From contig OX597828.1 of NCBI GenBank assembly GCA_951406725.2, positions 76,942,001-77,006,000 of the forward strand: DNA of 64,000 nt. The letters are read 5' to 3'. Under the pieces are notes generated by a model. That model saw nothing but the letters and a program-made list of their open reading frames with translations, was not told the origin of the DNA and searched no databases. Source of the stretch: Octopus vulgaris (Eukaryota). The stretch's first letter is position 1, and each line of letters begins with the position of its first letter. Of the stretch, positions 28,471-43,620 are shown in pieces. The position numbers and the translations under genes were made by a program.

Positions 28471-28560
28471 TTAATCCAAACATGAAAACACAACAACGCG
28501 AGGACGTGGAACAAATATAGTATTATTGGACGCTCAGGAAGGAAGGGAAGAAGAAGAGTT
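28470..28560 (-). mobile_element. Terminal fragment of the hammerhead-bearing TA-flanked family
   Basis: Similar to 19738-19830; truncated before the ribozyme. Confidence 0.6.
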
Positions 28561-28976
28561 ATGTATGTATGTATAAATATATATATACAAAGTCCTTCGA
28601 TGTTGCATCCTAGCATGGCTGCAGTCCAAAGACGGACACAAGTTACAGATAACAGACAAATGATGTATATGTGTGTGTGTATTAGTCATAAATCTAGTCC
28701 TGTAAATATCAGACTAAGAGTCTCCTGTCAGTTTTCCTTGTTGTTATGTGAATATTTTTGCTTTCCCTAAAGAGGCTGACTATGAAAATGGATATATTTC
28801 AAGTCTTCAGTTCTCGGATGACGATGTGTTCCTCATAGTTTTCCACATTTCTCTTTGTTAATCAAGCTTCGGACATAAGAATGTGGTCAGAATCCCGCTC
28901 CTCGATCAATTATCTTCAAATGAAGCTTTCTAGATTACATATTTTCAAAATGTCTTCGTTGTCAACATACTGTATG

Positions 28977-29415
<439 letters not shown>

Positions 29416-29417
29416 TT

Positions 29418-29656
29418 TGAATTGAACCATTCGACCCCTGTACTTGTTTTATTTTATGTTCTGTACTTATTCTATCGTGTCTTTACCGAGCTGCTAAGTT
29501 ACCGGAATGTAAACACTCCAACACCGCTTGTCAGGCGCTGGGGCGACAAGCATAAGCACAAATGCACGCACATGCAGAAATATGAGTATATATACATGTA
29601 TCTGTATATATATATACATGTGTGTGTGTGTATGTGTGTGTGTGTAGGTATGTATG

Positions 29657-29692
<36 letters not shown>

Positions 29693-29910
29693 TGTATGTA
29701 TGTATGTATGTATGTATGTATGTATGAATGTATGTATATATTCATAGACACATATGATGGATCTCTTTCAATTTCCGTCAACCAAAACCACTCATAGGGC
29801 TTCAGCTTACCAAGAGCTTTAGAAAAAGTCACTTGCCCAAGGTGCTACGCAGTGAGACTGAACCGGGACCATTGCGATTGGAAAGCAAAATTCTTACCAC
29901 ACAACCACCC
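29418..29910 (-). mobile_element. SINE family B, tail-to-tail with the preceding copy
   Basis: acttgcccaaggtgctacgcagtgagactgaacc and tacttattctatc...ctaagttac match the reverse consensus. Confidence 0.75.
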
Positions 29911-30702
29911 ATAGAAATCGAAATAAGCTAACGAGTGAGCCTGTACATAGTTATTCGACATTCAAGAAAAAGCAGTCTAATCCTCCTCCTTCAAGTTATA
30001 TACGATCATTTATCTAAGCATAAAAGGTACAGTGTAGAAATCAAACAGGGGACGATCGCTGACCTGGGGCTAAATAGCAACAAAGCCAAAACAGCGGTGG
30101 AGATTGGTATAGCGGCTAACAGCAGCGGCAGAGTAGGTCATGAAATACACCCCCTCTTCGGAACCTACCAACCACTCGCGGATGTCCTGTAAAGGTCATA
30201 TCATCCGCGTTGACCTTTCTCCGTTCATTAAGCCATTAAAAAAAAAATTGCCAAACCGGAATGGCTAAGCAAAAGAAGTAAAGGGAAGTAATTAGGTCTT
30301 TGAAGCCGAAACAACTTTACCAATTTCCTCTCTCCTTTCTTTTACTCTTCTGCAGTTCTTCCATTCTGTTTTGCTGACACCGCCATCATTTCACTCATCT
30401 TCTGTACCAGCGTTAATGGAAAAAAAAATAATATTTTATTTATTTATTTCGCTAAAATTCATGAAAGATACGCTGGTTATTGGTCTGTAATTCTTTCTCA
30501 GTTCTCTTCTTCGAAATCTACTTTGAAGATTATCATCATTTCTAAATTCTTTCTTTCCTTCAAAAATAATTTATTATTTTATTATTATTTTTTAAAATAA
30601 TTTTCGTGTGGCTCGCTTTTCATTTGTTTCGCTTTTTTGCTTCGGTTTTGTAGATCAAAATATTGTTGTTCGTCGTGGTACTGTTGCTGCTGCGATTGTT
30701 AC

Positions 30703-30737
<35 letters not shown>

Positions 30738-30816
30738 CCATCAACATCATCATTGCCGTTACTATTTTATTCTATATTTTATAGTTATTGTTTTGAGTAT
30801 TATTATGGCCATCGTT

Positions 30817-30903
<87 letters not shown>

Positions 30904-31097
30904 TTCTCTTTTGGAAGAAACTCTGACATTATCTTCTCCTATCAAGCTGATGATGATCATAAAGTTGATGATATTCTCTGGTATCAACCAGAAAATGTTC
31001 AGCTTATTTATAATTATCATCACCATCAGCAGCAGCGACAGCACCATACCATCAACATCATTGATATCTCCATCATCAACATCATCATCATCATTAG

Positions 31098-31128
<31 letters not shown>

Positions 31129-33257
31129 TACGTCGTCTTCAGCATCATTATCTTCCTTATCATCATCATCATCATCATCATCTACGTCGTCGTCGTCAGC
31201 ATCATTATCTTCCTTATCATCATCATCATCATCATCATCATTATCATCATCATCACCGCTAGCATCATTATGTTTATTAAGATTATATGTGCTGTTGTTG
31301 TGTCTATTATTAACCCTTATGCTGACGTTGTTGCTGTTGATGTTTTTGGTTCTCATGCCCCCCCCCCCCTACTTGAAGCTTGGCAAATGCCGAACAGAAT
31401 GAAAGCAACAAACAAGAACAGTGAATTAACGTTATTACATTGGGAGCGATATCGACGCTTTGGAGTAGTTTTCTTTGTCAAATATGCTGTATGAATTGAT
31501 AAAGAATAATTGTAAGAAGAGAACCGATAAAATGGAAATTTCCGAGATAACGGAGCTGAACCACGGGGGATAAGAAATGCTTAGATTTTCTGGATTCCCA
31601 CAGAAAAGAGCGGACTATCTCATGGAAAATAAACGTCATAAATATATCATGAAACTGTTGATGGTTTGGACATATAAGTGGGAGGAGGAGGTAGTAGTGG
31701 TGGTTAATAAAAACGAATAATATGAGGCCTGTATAAGGAAGTCAACATCGACACTGCTCATCGTCTCCTTGCGGGTATTGAAAGTATTTCTGGTAACCAT
31801 CGAATCATTCTTGTCGTAGCAAATGAAACTGGTCAATGGTATTTAAAAATAAATACCAGTCCAGAACTGGTCGATCATTTGGAAGAGGATTTTTTTGTGG
31901 ACATTCGGAAAATTCTCGCCGATCAATCTGCGACCAACGACCAACTTAAGTCTGAGGATCGCCAGTACAGCATTCTATGGCAGTTCCATGTACATCTGTC
32001 TTCTTGAAGTCTTATAGAAAACCAATTCTATTTCTCCTTCGTTATTCTTCAAAATCTGTTTTTGTATTAGTTTGTATAGAAAATATTTCGTGTAACTCAT
32101 TCGCAGATACAGACATGGCCGTGAGAAATGTTCGATTCAAATTCAATCCCACTAAGTGACAACTTGTTCGAGTGTCTCTACTATACGCCAGGCCGGTCAA
32201 TGCCGCTGTATACATACATATATATAAGCGTGTGGGCGTATATATGTGTATAGGTATGTTTTTTCTATCTATATGCTCGTCCCCCATCATTTCTTTACAA
32301 CTGCTGTTTGTTTTTTTGCGTACCTGTCACTTAGTGGCTCGACAAAAACAGTCGATTGAATTTGTAAAATGTAAGGCAAAACTAATCGAGCATATTGTAT
32401 GTATTGAATACGTTGTGCTCCGGAACTGAAAGTGTCTTGTATATGATGTCAGCTTCTTCGTAATCTATGTCATTTCGTTCTTTCTCTTCTTTCTCTTAAC
32501 TACCGTCCTCCTCCTCCTTCTCCTCCTCATCATCATCATCATCAGCAGCAGCAGCAGCAGCACCGCCTATCCAGATCACCACTTGTCAACATGATAACCA
32601 TTATCATCATCGCCACCATTACCATCATCACCATCTCTTTACCATCACCACCACCTCCACCACTGCCACCACTATCATCATCATCATCATCATCAACACC
32701 ACCAACCAACATCATCATTTGTCATGAATATGATCATCATTATCACCATCACCATCACTTTATCATCATCACCACCACCACCGCCACTAACACCACTATC
32801 ACCAGCAACATCATCATTATCATCGTAATCAGCAGCAGCAGCAACAACACCACCAATCAACATCATCATTTGTCATCAACATGATCATCATTATCACTAT
32901 CACCTTCACTTTATCACCACCACCACCACCACCACCATCATCATTATCATCATCATCATTGTCGCCACCGTCGAGTTCGCTGCCGACTGTGGCCGTTCGC
33001 TGCCAATATTCGATATTTGCACAACAAAAATTATATTCTGTTGAAATGTGCAAGATTTTATGCAAAATATTAAAACAAGCAGGGAAAAAAAAGACAAAAC
33101 AATAAATGAAGAGAACATAGATTATATAGATTAACAAAAAAATTTAATCCATTTGGCTTTATTCTTCTAAATTCCACATTGCTTAATGGCTGAAACCATA
33201 TTAGTTTGAATAAAATTTAATTTCCAACTTTGTTATTTGACAATATTTGTATAAGCG

Positions 33258-33473
33258 TAAGGCGGCGAGCTGGCAGAGTGGTTAGCACGCCGGGCGAAAT
33301 GCTTAGCGGTATTTTGACTGTCTTTGCGTTCTGAGTTCAAATTCCCGCGAGGTCGACTTTGCCTTTCATCCTTTCGGGGTCGATAAATTTAGTACCAGTT
33401 TCGTACTGGAGTCGATGTAATCGACTGGTCCCCTCACTAAAAATTTCGAGCCTTGTGCCTAGAGTAGAAAAGA
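33258..33473 (+). mobile_element. SINE family A, full length
   Basis: aaggcggcgagctggcagagtggttagcacgccgggcgaaatgcttagcgg...ttctgagttcaaatt...ccttgtgcctagagtagaaaag. Confidence 0.9.
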
Positions 33474-33742
33474 GCATTTTTATTACTATTTTATTGGTTT
33501 ATTTACAACATGTTTTTATAGATTTAATTATTTAAAATATTATGTATATGTTTTTTTAACTATATATGTATTTCTTTTATTTTTACTTGTTTGTGTTCGT
33601 TCATTTTCATTTTTAGTATTTTTTATTTACATTTTTATGCTTTTGTTTCGTTTCAACTTAGAATGGAAGAAATTAAGGCAAGAAAAACGGGATGAAACGG
33701 AAGAGTCGCTAAATATGAAGTTCAAATATATAGAGAGAAGTT

Positions 33743-33828
<86 letters not shown>

Positions 33829-33845
33829 TATAGATAGATAGGTAG

Positions 33846-33895
<50 letters not shown>

Positions 33896-35476
33896 TGTTT
33901 CTTTATTAGCCACACAGGGCTGCACACAGATAGAACAAATTACAAGGTAGAGCTTTTCTTTTGAAGGTTTAAGAAAAAAAAAAAAAAAAAAAAGGAAGGG
34001 GGAGTTTCGATCAAAAGGGATCGTAAAAGGAGAGAAAGAGGACAAAAAAAGGGGGTTTAAAAAAAGGGGGGAGGAAAAAAATTGATCAATAGGGATCGTT
34101 ATCACAGAAATGTCAATATGAAGTGTAAAGGGGAGGACAGGTGAGGTTTACCCGTGCAAAGAAAAGCCTACGGAAAAGACCACGGTAACCTCGGTCAATG
34201 ATGTCACATTTTATATTTCTTTTTTTTTTTTTTTTTTTGCAAATAAGCAACTCTCTGTTTTCGATTTCTGGGTTCATAGGACTATGCTCAAGGTGGCTTC
34301 GTCATTCATACGTGCCATTCTTGCTACATTCACCCATCTTTTTTTAAAACATTCGCTAGACAAAACTTGCCTCTCTACTCTCACTTTCCTTTTCAAGTGG
34401 TACTTGAAGAAGTTGATGAGAGATTGACCAGAGAGGAAAGTGTTTGTCTCCAATCCTTTCAGACGCGTCCACCAGATACATTCTTTCGCCATAGCCACAA
34501 GGATGATGAAAATAGCTCTTCCTTCCCGTTTGAAGGAAGGAGGCGTGACAATATTGACGATAGACTCAGCTGATAAACCGACTCGTCCCACACGTGACAG
34601 CAGTTGTTCGACATAAGCCCACAGGTCGGAAATTGTTGGACACTGAACGAGTGCGTGCAGAACGGTTTCGTCGCTCTGACCGCATCTCGGGCAGGTCGGC
34701 CCCGTGTTTCTCGAGCCGTGTCTGTAGAGCTTATCCCGAACGGGTAGCGCTTCTCGGTAGCACTGCCAGGCCAGGGATCTCTGGAAGTTGTCCATGGGCC
34801 CTGGCCCGAAAGTCGTCCTGAACAGGCGGGTCAGGTACTCCTCGTCGACGTCCAGGTTCGCCCCGAGCTCGTCGTCGTACCTCCCCTCCACTAAACCCCT
34901 ATAGAATGCTTTGGTTGTGTTGAAGTCACTTAAGGTCGACCCAGGACGGCAGAGTTGCTTGAGAGCAACGCAACACTCGCGGTGCCATTCGCCCTTCCTC
35001 GGCCTCTTTTTGATCCACGACTGCAGTTCGGTCATGGAGACGAGCTGCGGGAAAGCGTGCCTCACAAACGGCGACCACACCTGTTCACCGTCGTCTACAT
35101 AGAGCCAGAGATGCCGCAGTCTCAGCGCGTGTCTGCGCATCATCAACCACGGCATGCCCAGCCCTCCTTTTAACGGGTGTTGACAGCAAATGGATCGCCT
35201 GACCATCGGGACGCATCCTTTCCATAAGAAGCGAAAGAGGATGCGTTGTAGTTTGGTGATGGTAGGGGTCGGGACAAGGTACGACGGTCAGGCGGTAGTA
35301 GATGACGGACGCGATGTACGTGTTCGCCACCTCCGCTCGACCTTTTAGGGACAGTTTCCTCTCGGCCCATTGCCGGGCGAGAGTGACCACCCTACTCGTT
35401 ATCTCGTTCCAGTTCTTCTCCACTTGGAGGTCCGGACCAAACCAGACCCCGAGCAACTCAACCGGGCCGTCGGTCC
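33896..35476 (-). mobile_element. 5'-truncated L1/Tx1-clade LINE inserted in (GATA)n
   Basis: ORF2 C-terminus plus a pyrimidine-rich 3' UTR with AATAAA (33902-33907, minus strand). (GATA)n on both sides; no poly(A). Confidence 0.88.
34274..35476 (-). pseudogene. Tx1/L1 ORF2 C-terminal region (RT thumb plus CCHC zinc finger), with a frameshift near 35270
   Basis: LGVWFG, W..RKLSLKGRAEVANT and GGLGMP; zinc finger CPRCGQSDETVLHALVQC (track ORFs 35085..35456 and 34274..35206). Confidence 0.88.
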
Positions 35477-35519
35477 AGATAGATAGATAGATAGATAGAT
35501 AGATAGGTAGGTAGATAGG

Positions 35520-35600
<81 letters not shown>

Positions 35601-35787
35601 TGAATGACGGAAAGTCAGTTAGACACACACAGACAGCCGACAGTTAGAGAGAACGAGAGATGAGAGATATGTATATGATTGGTGATAGACTGACAGAAGT
35701 TATAATAAATCGACAGATAAACAAGACTGTACACCTGGCCCCAAAATGTCAGATTATATATGTGTTAGAAATCTTTAATTAATTATT

Positions 35788-35846
<59 letters not shown>

Positions 35847-36338
35847 GGTGGTGGTGGTGTTGCTGCTGCTGTTGGTGGTAGTAGTAGTAGTAGTAGTAGT
35901 ACTGTCACCATCAGTAGTATTGTTATAGCTGTTGTTATGATCATCATTGTCCTTGTTTCCTCTTTGAATTGTATTTATTATCGTTTGATTTTACCGTCAC
36001 AAGATCTGCTTCACATCGACGAAATGCGATCGATTTTCTTTTCGAAAGCCCTCTCTCGCGTTTATTTTAATTCGCCTGAACAAAACAAAGGGAAATGGTT
36101 GAGTATTTTTTTCTTAGTTTACATTCAACACAATATGTCAGCGAGCAACGCCCCCTCACACACAAGCATTGACAGCTGCACAGGAAACAGACAAAAACTA
36201 GAATTGTCAAAAATATTATAAAACAATACAGATATTTTGAATGAAAATAATAAAGACATGTCTGCGGTGTTTTAAACAAATGAGACCTATTTTAGCGACT
36301 TGTTTAACAATAACAAAATCAACTCAACAAGATTTGCG

Positions 36339-36370
<32 letters not shown>

Positions 36371-36371
36371 C

Positions 36372-36426
<55 letters not shown>

Positions 36427-37039
36427 CTGACGATAAGCTATTGATAAGGAAAGCAAGGGTGACATGATTGAGTTATGACACGATCTGCTTGTCTCTGATC
36501 TAAAGAATTTAACCAGTGCCGGACAAGGTGGAACTTGGCATACTTCTGCTGCTCATAAGGAAGGTTGCTTTCTGTGTCCTATCTTAAGATGATTTGAAAC
36601 GTTTTCTAGCCGACGTGCTGGAGCGCATATTGCACATCGACTTCCCAAGGCCCACATGCGTTCATGTTTTTGTAGTTGCCAGGTTTCCAGGACCAAAACA
36701 GATGGGGTGAGCTACACATTCCCCTAGTTCATTGTACAGGGTCAAGCACAGCAAAAGGTAGTTGCCAATGACGCCGACTCTTGGTTCATTATCATATCGT
36801 AATGCTTTATGGGACGTTGGTATGGTGGGGGGTATTTCAAAGGGAAAATAATGTGAGCACGGGATCAGTATGAATTTGTAAGTTCTTATACTCCCTCAAC
36901 ATAACAAATCAATTTTGGATCTGTATCCCACCAAGGACACAAAAAGCTTAGCGATAAAACTTGAGATATAAGACAAGAAAAATAATATCTCGAAAGTCTT
37001 CTTCTCCGAAGAACTCTAACGAGAAAAAGAATGAGATGG

Positions 37040-37350
37040 GTGACGAACAACAGCAAAGCTATCAACAACAATCGATGGGAATTCAGCGAATCCTGCTGTA
37101 TTCTTTCAGCCCAACTTTCTCTCACTCGTTCTTCCTGTTTCTGTTGTACCTGTATTTCAAATGGGCCAGCCTTGTCACAATTTGTGTCTGGCTGAATCTC
37201 CCCGAGAACTACGTTATGGGTACAATCGTCTGTAAGGAATCCAAAAGATTCGCCAGTCGAAGCTACACAACTGGCAGCGGAGTTGCTCTTTATCTTCGTC
37301 CTAGAAATGAACAGCGTTCAAGCCGGGCTCCGAATAATACTAACTACTGC
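37040..37350 (+). mobile_element. Decayed SINE family C-related repeat
   Basis: gaatcctgctgtattctttcagcccaactttctctcactc matches 28140-28185. Confidence 0.45.
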
Positions 37351-37470
37351 ATGCACATGGGAAGATGGGGAGCGAATGGAGAGAAGAGCAGAGTGACACA
37401 CTGCGGAGTAAAATATGTAAGGAAAAGCACAGCTTTTTATAAGGCAAAGGAAAATAGAGACCACATATAA

Positions 37471-37597
37471 ACTTTACTCTCTCTTTTACTCTATTACTTA
37501 TTCTATCGGTCTCTTTTGCCGAACCGCTAAGTTACGGGGGCGCAAACGCACGAGCATCGGTTGTCAAGCGATGTTGGGGGACAAACACAGACACACA

Positions 37598-37667
<70 letters not shown>

Positions 37668-37838
37668 TATATATACGATGGGCTTCTTTCAGTTTCCGTC
37701 TTCCAAATCCACTCACAAGGCTTTTGTCGGCCCGAGGCTATAGTACAAGACACTTGCCCAAGGTGCCACGCAGTGGGACTGAACCTGGAACCATGTGGTT
37801 TGTAAGCAAGGTACTTACCACCCAGCCACTCCTGCGCC
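37471..37838 (-). mobile_element. SINE family B with an internal deletion of the LINE-like tail segment
   Basis: Well-preserved head ggcgcaggagtggctgggtggtaagt...ggttcagtcccactgcgtggcaccttgggcaagtgtc; ends in gagtaaaagagagagtaaag. Confidence 0.88.
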
Positions 37839-38039
37839 ATGATGCCATGGAATTTCTCGTTGTGAGATAGAACTGGACGTATTTTTGATCAGAATTTATA
37901 AAATTGAATTCCTATAAAACTTATAGAGATAACGCGAGAGGAAGTAGTAACAGTAGGCCCCTAAGCAGGAATACCCTGGCTGCTGCTGGGTTTGCTGCGA
38001 CTAAAATACGGCGTCGAGACCTTGGACCATCTTCAAGGA

Positions 38040-38265
38040 TCTGCCTTCCACTCCTCACTTCAGTTGCCCAATTGATAAAGCTGGAGCGTCTGGGAACATC
38101 TTTAGACCGTCAAAAATAAGTGTGGGACCACTTGTGATCGATACACTATGGGCCATCTCAGAAAGAACAATATTCCGGCATCAAAAACTAAAAATACCAA
38201 ACTTCTTGAGAAGCATTCAGATGGCAGCAATACTTGGAACAGCTCACGTGTTGAGGTTAAGTGTT
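38040..38265 (+). pseudogene. Dong/R4-type REL endonuclease C-terminal remnant
   Basis: GPLVIDTLWAIS...IQMAAILGTAHVLR matches IPVVIGALG...VQKIVLMGTAHILR of the 59-kb copy. Confidence 0.7.
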
Positions 38266-38339
38266 GCGTCTGTCAGCTGCGGTATGGAGCTGGGACATGG
38301 AATAGACATATATTAATCAGATGTTAAGTGAAAGAAAAA

Positions 38340-38560
38340 AATAATACTTTCTATCATAGGCACACGGCCTCGAATTTGGGTGGGAATGGGGTAGTTGATT
38401 ACATCGACCCAAATGCGATACTGTCATCTATTTTATCGATTCCGAACGGATGAGAGAGGATGTCGACCTCGACCGAATTTGAACTCGGAACAAAAAGCCA
38501 GAAGAAATGTCACTAAGACCTTTGGCCGATGTGATATCGATTCTGCCAGCTCGCCGCCTT
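38340..38560 (-). mobile_element. SINE family A, decayed
   Basis: gtcgacctcgaccgaatttgaactc...ttctgccagctcgccgcctt. Confidence 0.8.
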
Positions 38561-38604
38561 CGAGAAGTTAATAATCATAATGATCGTAATATCATTGTCA
38601 CTAC

Positions 38605-38655
<51 letters not shown>

Positions 38656-38675
38656 AGTCATCGTCATTAGTAATG

Positions 38676-38992
38676 CATGGAGTACAAATATACGAAGGCC
38701 AGTATACCCATCATAAATACCCATTTGATAAGGGTGCACAGACAAGTGCATCGCAACCATATGTGCGCGGCACAGTGATTTCATACGAAGGTAATCAGCG
38801 CATGAACTTGCAGGTGGGGCACATTTAGAATTTTCGTCAGGACGAATATGCCATCCCGCCCCCAAAGGTCCCTGAATAAGGGTTGTTTAAGGACTATGAA
38901 CGAAACACCCATGTTTCCAGAGGTGAATTATCCAAACCCCAAAAAATTCTTCTCAACACATGGCTATGAGGCTCCCCCACTACATCTGCTAG
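38676..38992 (-). mobile_element. Partial copy of the 27243-27799 repeat
   Basis: Reverse-complement similarity to about 27455-27760; (TTA)n follows on the right. Confidence 0.75.
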
Positions 38993-39162
38993 TAATTATT
39001 ATTATTATAATTATTATTATTATTATTATTATTATCATTATTATTATAATTATTATTATTATTATTATTATTATTATTGTAGCTCTTGTTTTTGTCATCA
39101 CGCTAACGATGAAGGCCGTGATCAACGTGATCTTCACCGTATTCATCATCATCATCATCATT

Positions 39163-39197
<35 letters not shown>

Positions 39198-39380
39198 TGT
39201 TGTGTTCTTTTACAATTTCCTACTTGAAATCTGACCTCTTAGAAATAACCGAAAGAAAAACAAACAATAAACAAAAAAACTCAATATCTGAAGCAAAACA
39301 AAAAAAACCAACACGCCATTGTTCAAATTTTCAACGGCTTCATCGCCAAATTTTTATTTTTGCCAAATTGTGATTATCAA

Positions 39381-40170
<790 letters not shown>

Positions 40171-40487
40171 AAGAAGAAATAACTATAAAGAGACATTAAT
40201 AAATACGAACAACAACAACAACAACAACATAAGAGGCGATTCCCTCAATATGGAGGAAAATCCCCGAGGGTGGGTATGTTTGGCATGTCACACACTATTA
40301 AAGATTACCGTGACATGTCTAAATTAAGTTACCTCATCCTTGTTCTGGCCATCAACAACTGTTTGATTGAAATCCATCCATTTGACCGATAAGGGTTATA
40401 TTTTGCTATATGGACATAACATCCGAGGCAGTAACAACTGCAAACATACGAGAGGCAAACAGGAAGCAGGAAGACAATGATTACCGC

Positions 40488-40750
40488 CAGGGCCGGCGTA
40501 AGACCCATAGAGGCCCTAAGCCTCTTAAAAGATTTTCGGGCCCCGCAAATATGTAACTCAAAATACAAACAATATTGAAGCATAAAATGTTACAGTAGGA
40601 TGAACAATACTGTCTATTTTTGTACACGTTCCTTTATTTATATTTTAAAAGTTTCCTCCTACAGTTTTACGTTGTAAAGTCTTAGATCAGCTCCTCACTG
40701 TGACAATATGGACACTTTGAAATTAAATTTCCGGTCGTATGAACTCCTTC
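40488..40750 (-). mobile_element. hAT-type transposon end (one TIR plus the transposase C-terminal tip)
   Basis: Begins CAGGGCCGGC with subterminal GGCCC motifs. Minus-strand EELI*DFTT*NCRRKL resembles hAT C-termini (II.DFA..K.RK). No second TIR found. Confidence 0.5.
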
Positions 40751-41949
40751 GAGTATTATTTTAGCAAGTTTAAAGTGACTTTTTGTGTGTGTGTGCCGTA
40801 TACGATGTACTATTTCTATGGTGTCCCTTTCCTTGATGTTCTAAGCACAAGCTTACTTTGCTTATCAGTTAATCCAGCGCTGATTGCTGTTGAATTCGCG
40901 CTTACTCATGTCGCAAAAATAAAGCACCAGTCACCTCTCCGAATATGAGCAAATGCTAAAACAGAAAGAACAAAAATGTCATGCAAAACTGAGCAAGATT
41001 ATCCCAAGGTTATTATTATTATTATTATTATTATTTTTATTATCATTTTCATTATTATTATTCACGAGAAACATAATTAACGAAGAAAGTGATTTGCCAA
41101 GATATCATTGAATCTGTTAGGTGAAAAAACCGTAAAATGGGAGTGCATTGAACCTCGTCGGCAGGAATCCAGACTGAGACACCAGGTAACCTCTCTAATA
41201 CATCGTCCTGTGTCGACGGAGATGAGAGGAATTCCTGAGAGAATTTCTTGGAAATTAGAAAGAAAATTAACGAGTTAAAAGTAGGAAAAGTCCTAGTTAA
41301 AAACAATTTGAACATTCCCACCCATTGAAATCCACTGAAGGGCATCACTTTCTCCTCTAGAGTAACCTTTTTGAACAAAGAGTTGAAAGATTGACCACTA
41401 CATGCATCATACCTGCTCCTTGTTGAAGGAAGTGAAACCTTTCATTTAAATTGATGATCACCACTGAGAAAGGCAGTAGCTGAGACAACCCACGTATAAT
41501 TATTCTCCAACTTACCTCTTAAAGACAATGGCTTAAACAAGTCGACACATAACTGTTGTTCGACTTACATCTTAAAGACGCTAGCTAGAGCAACTCCACC
41601 TTTCGCTACTGACCGACTTACTTCTCAAATCAGTATTGAGTGGATAAAGGATTGTCTCGTCACGCTTCGCAAATCTCACACTTGATCCTCTTGCTAACGA
41701 TTTCATCACGGGTATATTGGCGGGATAAGCTCGAGTGCACAGTACCAACCGGACCTTTGGATTGTTCTCCATCTTCGAAATCAGAGTCCACGCCGGAAAG
41801 TACTGAGATTGTCCTCGTTGAAAGAATACGATATGCCATACCCTCATTAGCACTATAAAACGATCGGTTGTACTCTCGCAATACAACCTCTGTAGAGTGT
41901 AAGTATTGTTTTGCACACAACACATTTCCCATTAAGTGAGTGTTGGCAA

Positions 41950-42213
41950 CATCCGTGGTGCCAAAGGAAAGAAAGGAAACCAAGATTATAGATGTTGCAA
42001 TACCTGGGGATGCGTGCATAAGTGACAAAGTACTAGAAAATATGGAAACGTACAGACTACTAAAGAGGAAATTGCAAGAATGTAGATTATAAGGAATGCG
42101 TCTGTCATCCCCGTAGTTGTAGGGGCGCTCGGAGCACTTTAACTAAGTTCGAGAAATATGTGAGTGTAATCGGGATTGACCTGAAAGAAGAGGAGACCCA
42201 AGAAGCTGCTTTA
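41950..42213 (+). pseudogene. Dong/R4-type REL domain remnant
   Basis: KETKIIDVAIPGD..ISDK.LE..ETY..LK/EEIARM*...VIPVVVGALGAL...TQEAAL. Confidence 0.85.
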
Positions 42214-43450
42214 GGTCGTTCATGCACAGCAAATGGATACTTGTTCCTTTCCAGTCTCTAAACCGATAATCTCCTTTCCCATTTCTTAATACTAAACTGA
42301 TGGGGATTAAACATAACACAAATATAAATGGGGATAATGAGTCTGCCTGAAAATTCCCTTCTTGATATTAACTTTTGCTGAGGCTGAATCAGCTGAGTCG
42401 AGGTTTGTTTCCCATTTCTTCTTGTTATAATTAATTCTCTTATGTTGCCTGCAATACTGAATATTCCCAAACATTCATGTGTTTATGACTGTTGCTTCAG
42501 TCTCCCATGTAAGCTAGAAAATTTCTTTAACCAATACCCTAGAAATAAATCTGGTCCTGGGCCCTTCCGACTCGCCATTCTTCCTAGCACTTTACTCAAT
42601 AATACACTTAGTGGTTGTCAGTCTGGCTGCTTCTAACTAATTACTTCTTCCTTCACTTCCTTTACCCAAGCTGCACCCCTAGTAGGATTAACTGGCTTAT
42701 CCCAAATATCACTACAGAACTTTCTAGCGTCTTCTACATCAGGCCTCTCATCTTCTGTAGTTTCTTCTACACCATTGGCGATAAAATCTCCCCTGGTCTG
42801 TTTGAAACAATCTGTGCTGTTAATACTGATCGATTCTCTGATATCTGCAAAGTTTAACTGTTATTGCTACCATACGATGTTTCATCTCTTCCATGACTAT
42901 CCCAAATTATTTCTCTTTGACTAAGTATTTTTTCGCAGAAGATTTAAATCTTGCGTTTCATAACTTATCCTGTTTCCAGGTTTCTATTCGACTCAAATTT
43001 CGTCTTAAAATCTCCACTTCATTTTCTAATCTCTATTTACACATCTGTTCCGTCATATTCTTTTTCTCTGTTTCTTTCTCTTTTTGTTTTGAGGAATATC
43101 TATTCTTTTAGTCACTACTACCTTTCCCGCATAAATCAGAAAGTTAGTGTCACCTATTTTCTGTCATCCTCCTCTTTTCCTTCTATTATCATTAGCCTCG
43201 ACCACCAATTTCTGCTCTCTTACTTCAAACATCACATTTTAACCCAAAGCGCTAACACACATTTTCTGTAACCACTTACTTGAGGTACCCTTTCCAAGTA
43301 GCACTGCATCACTAACCTGTTCTCTTTGCTTGTCCATTTCCTCCACGAACCACTGCCGAGCAAGAGGCCTTCTCTTAAAGGTTCAGCCTCGTTTACTCTG
43401 TTATCACAAGAGTTTCTCTGTCAATTCATGTCTCTCAGAAACGGGTTTTA
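42203..43450 (-). pseudogene. Dong/R4-type LINE ORF, N-terminus to the RT catalytic motif, internally deleted
   Basis: Minus strand, in order: WRKWTSKENRLVMQCY...GYRK, RLFQTDQGRFYR, PDVEDARKFCSDIWD, KGPGPDLFLGYWLKKFSSLH, KKGI/QADSLSPFIFVLCLIP and HLLCMNDLK. Confidence 0.85.
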
Positions 43451-43529
43451 CCTTGACAGCTTCACTATGAAGCTGATGATGTTTCCTTTCGTATCATTAT
43501 TAATACGTTTATCATTAATTTTATCACCA

Positions 43530-43533
43530 CCAG

Positions 43534-43620
<87 letters not shown>

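Noticed and set aside
31600-32200. Possible decayed RT fragment (LVF..DFKK-like, minus strand)
   Set aside because: One weak motif needing a frameshift; not enough to call.
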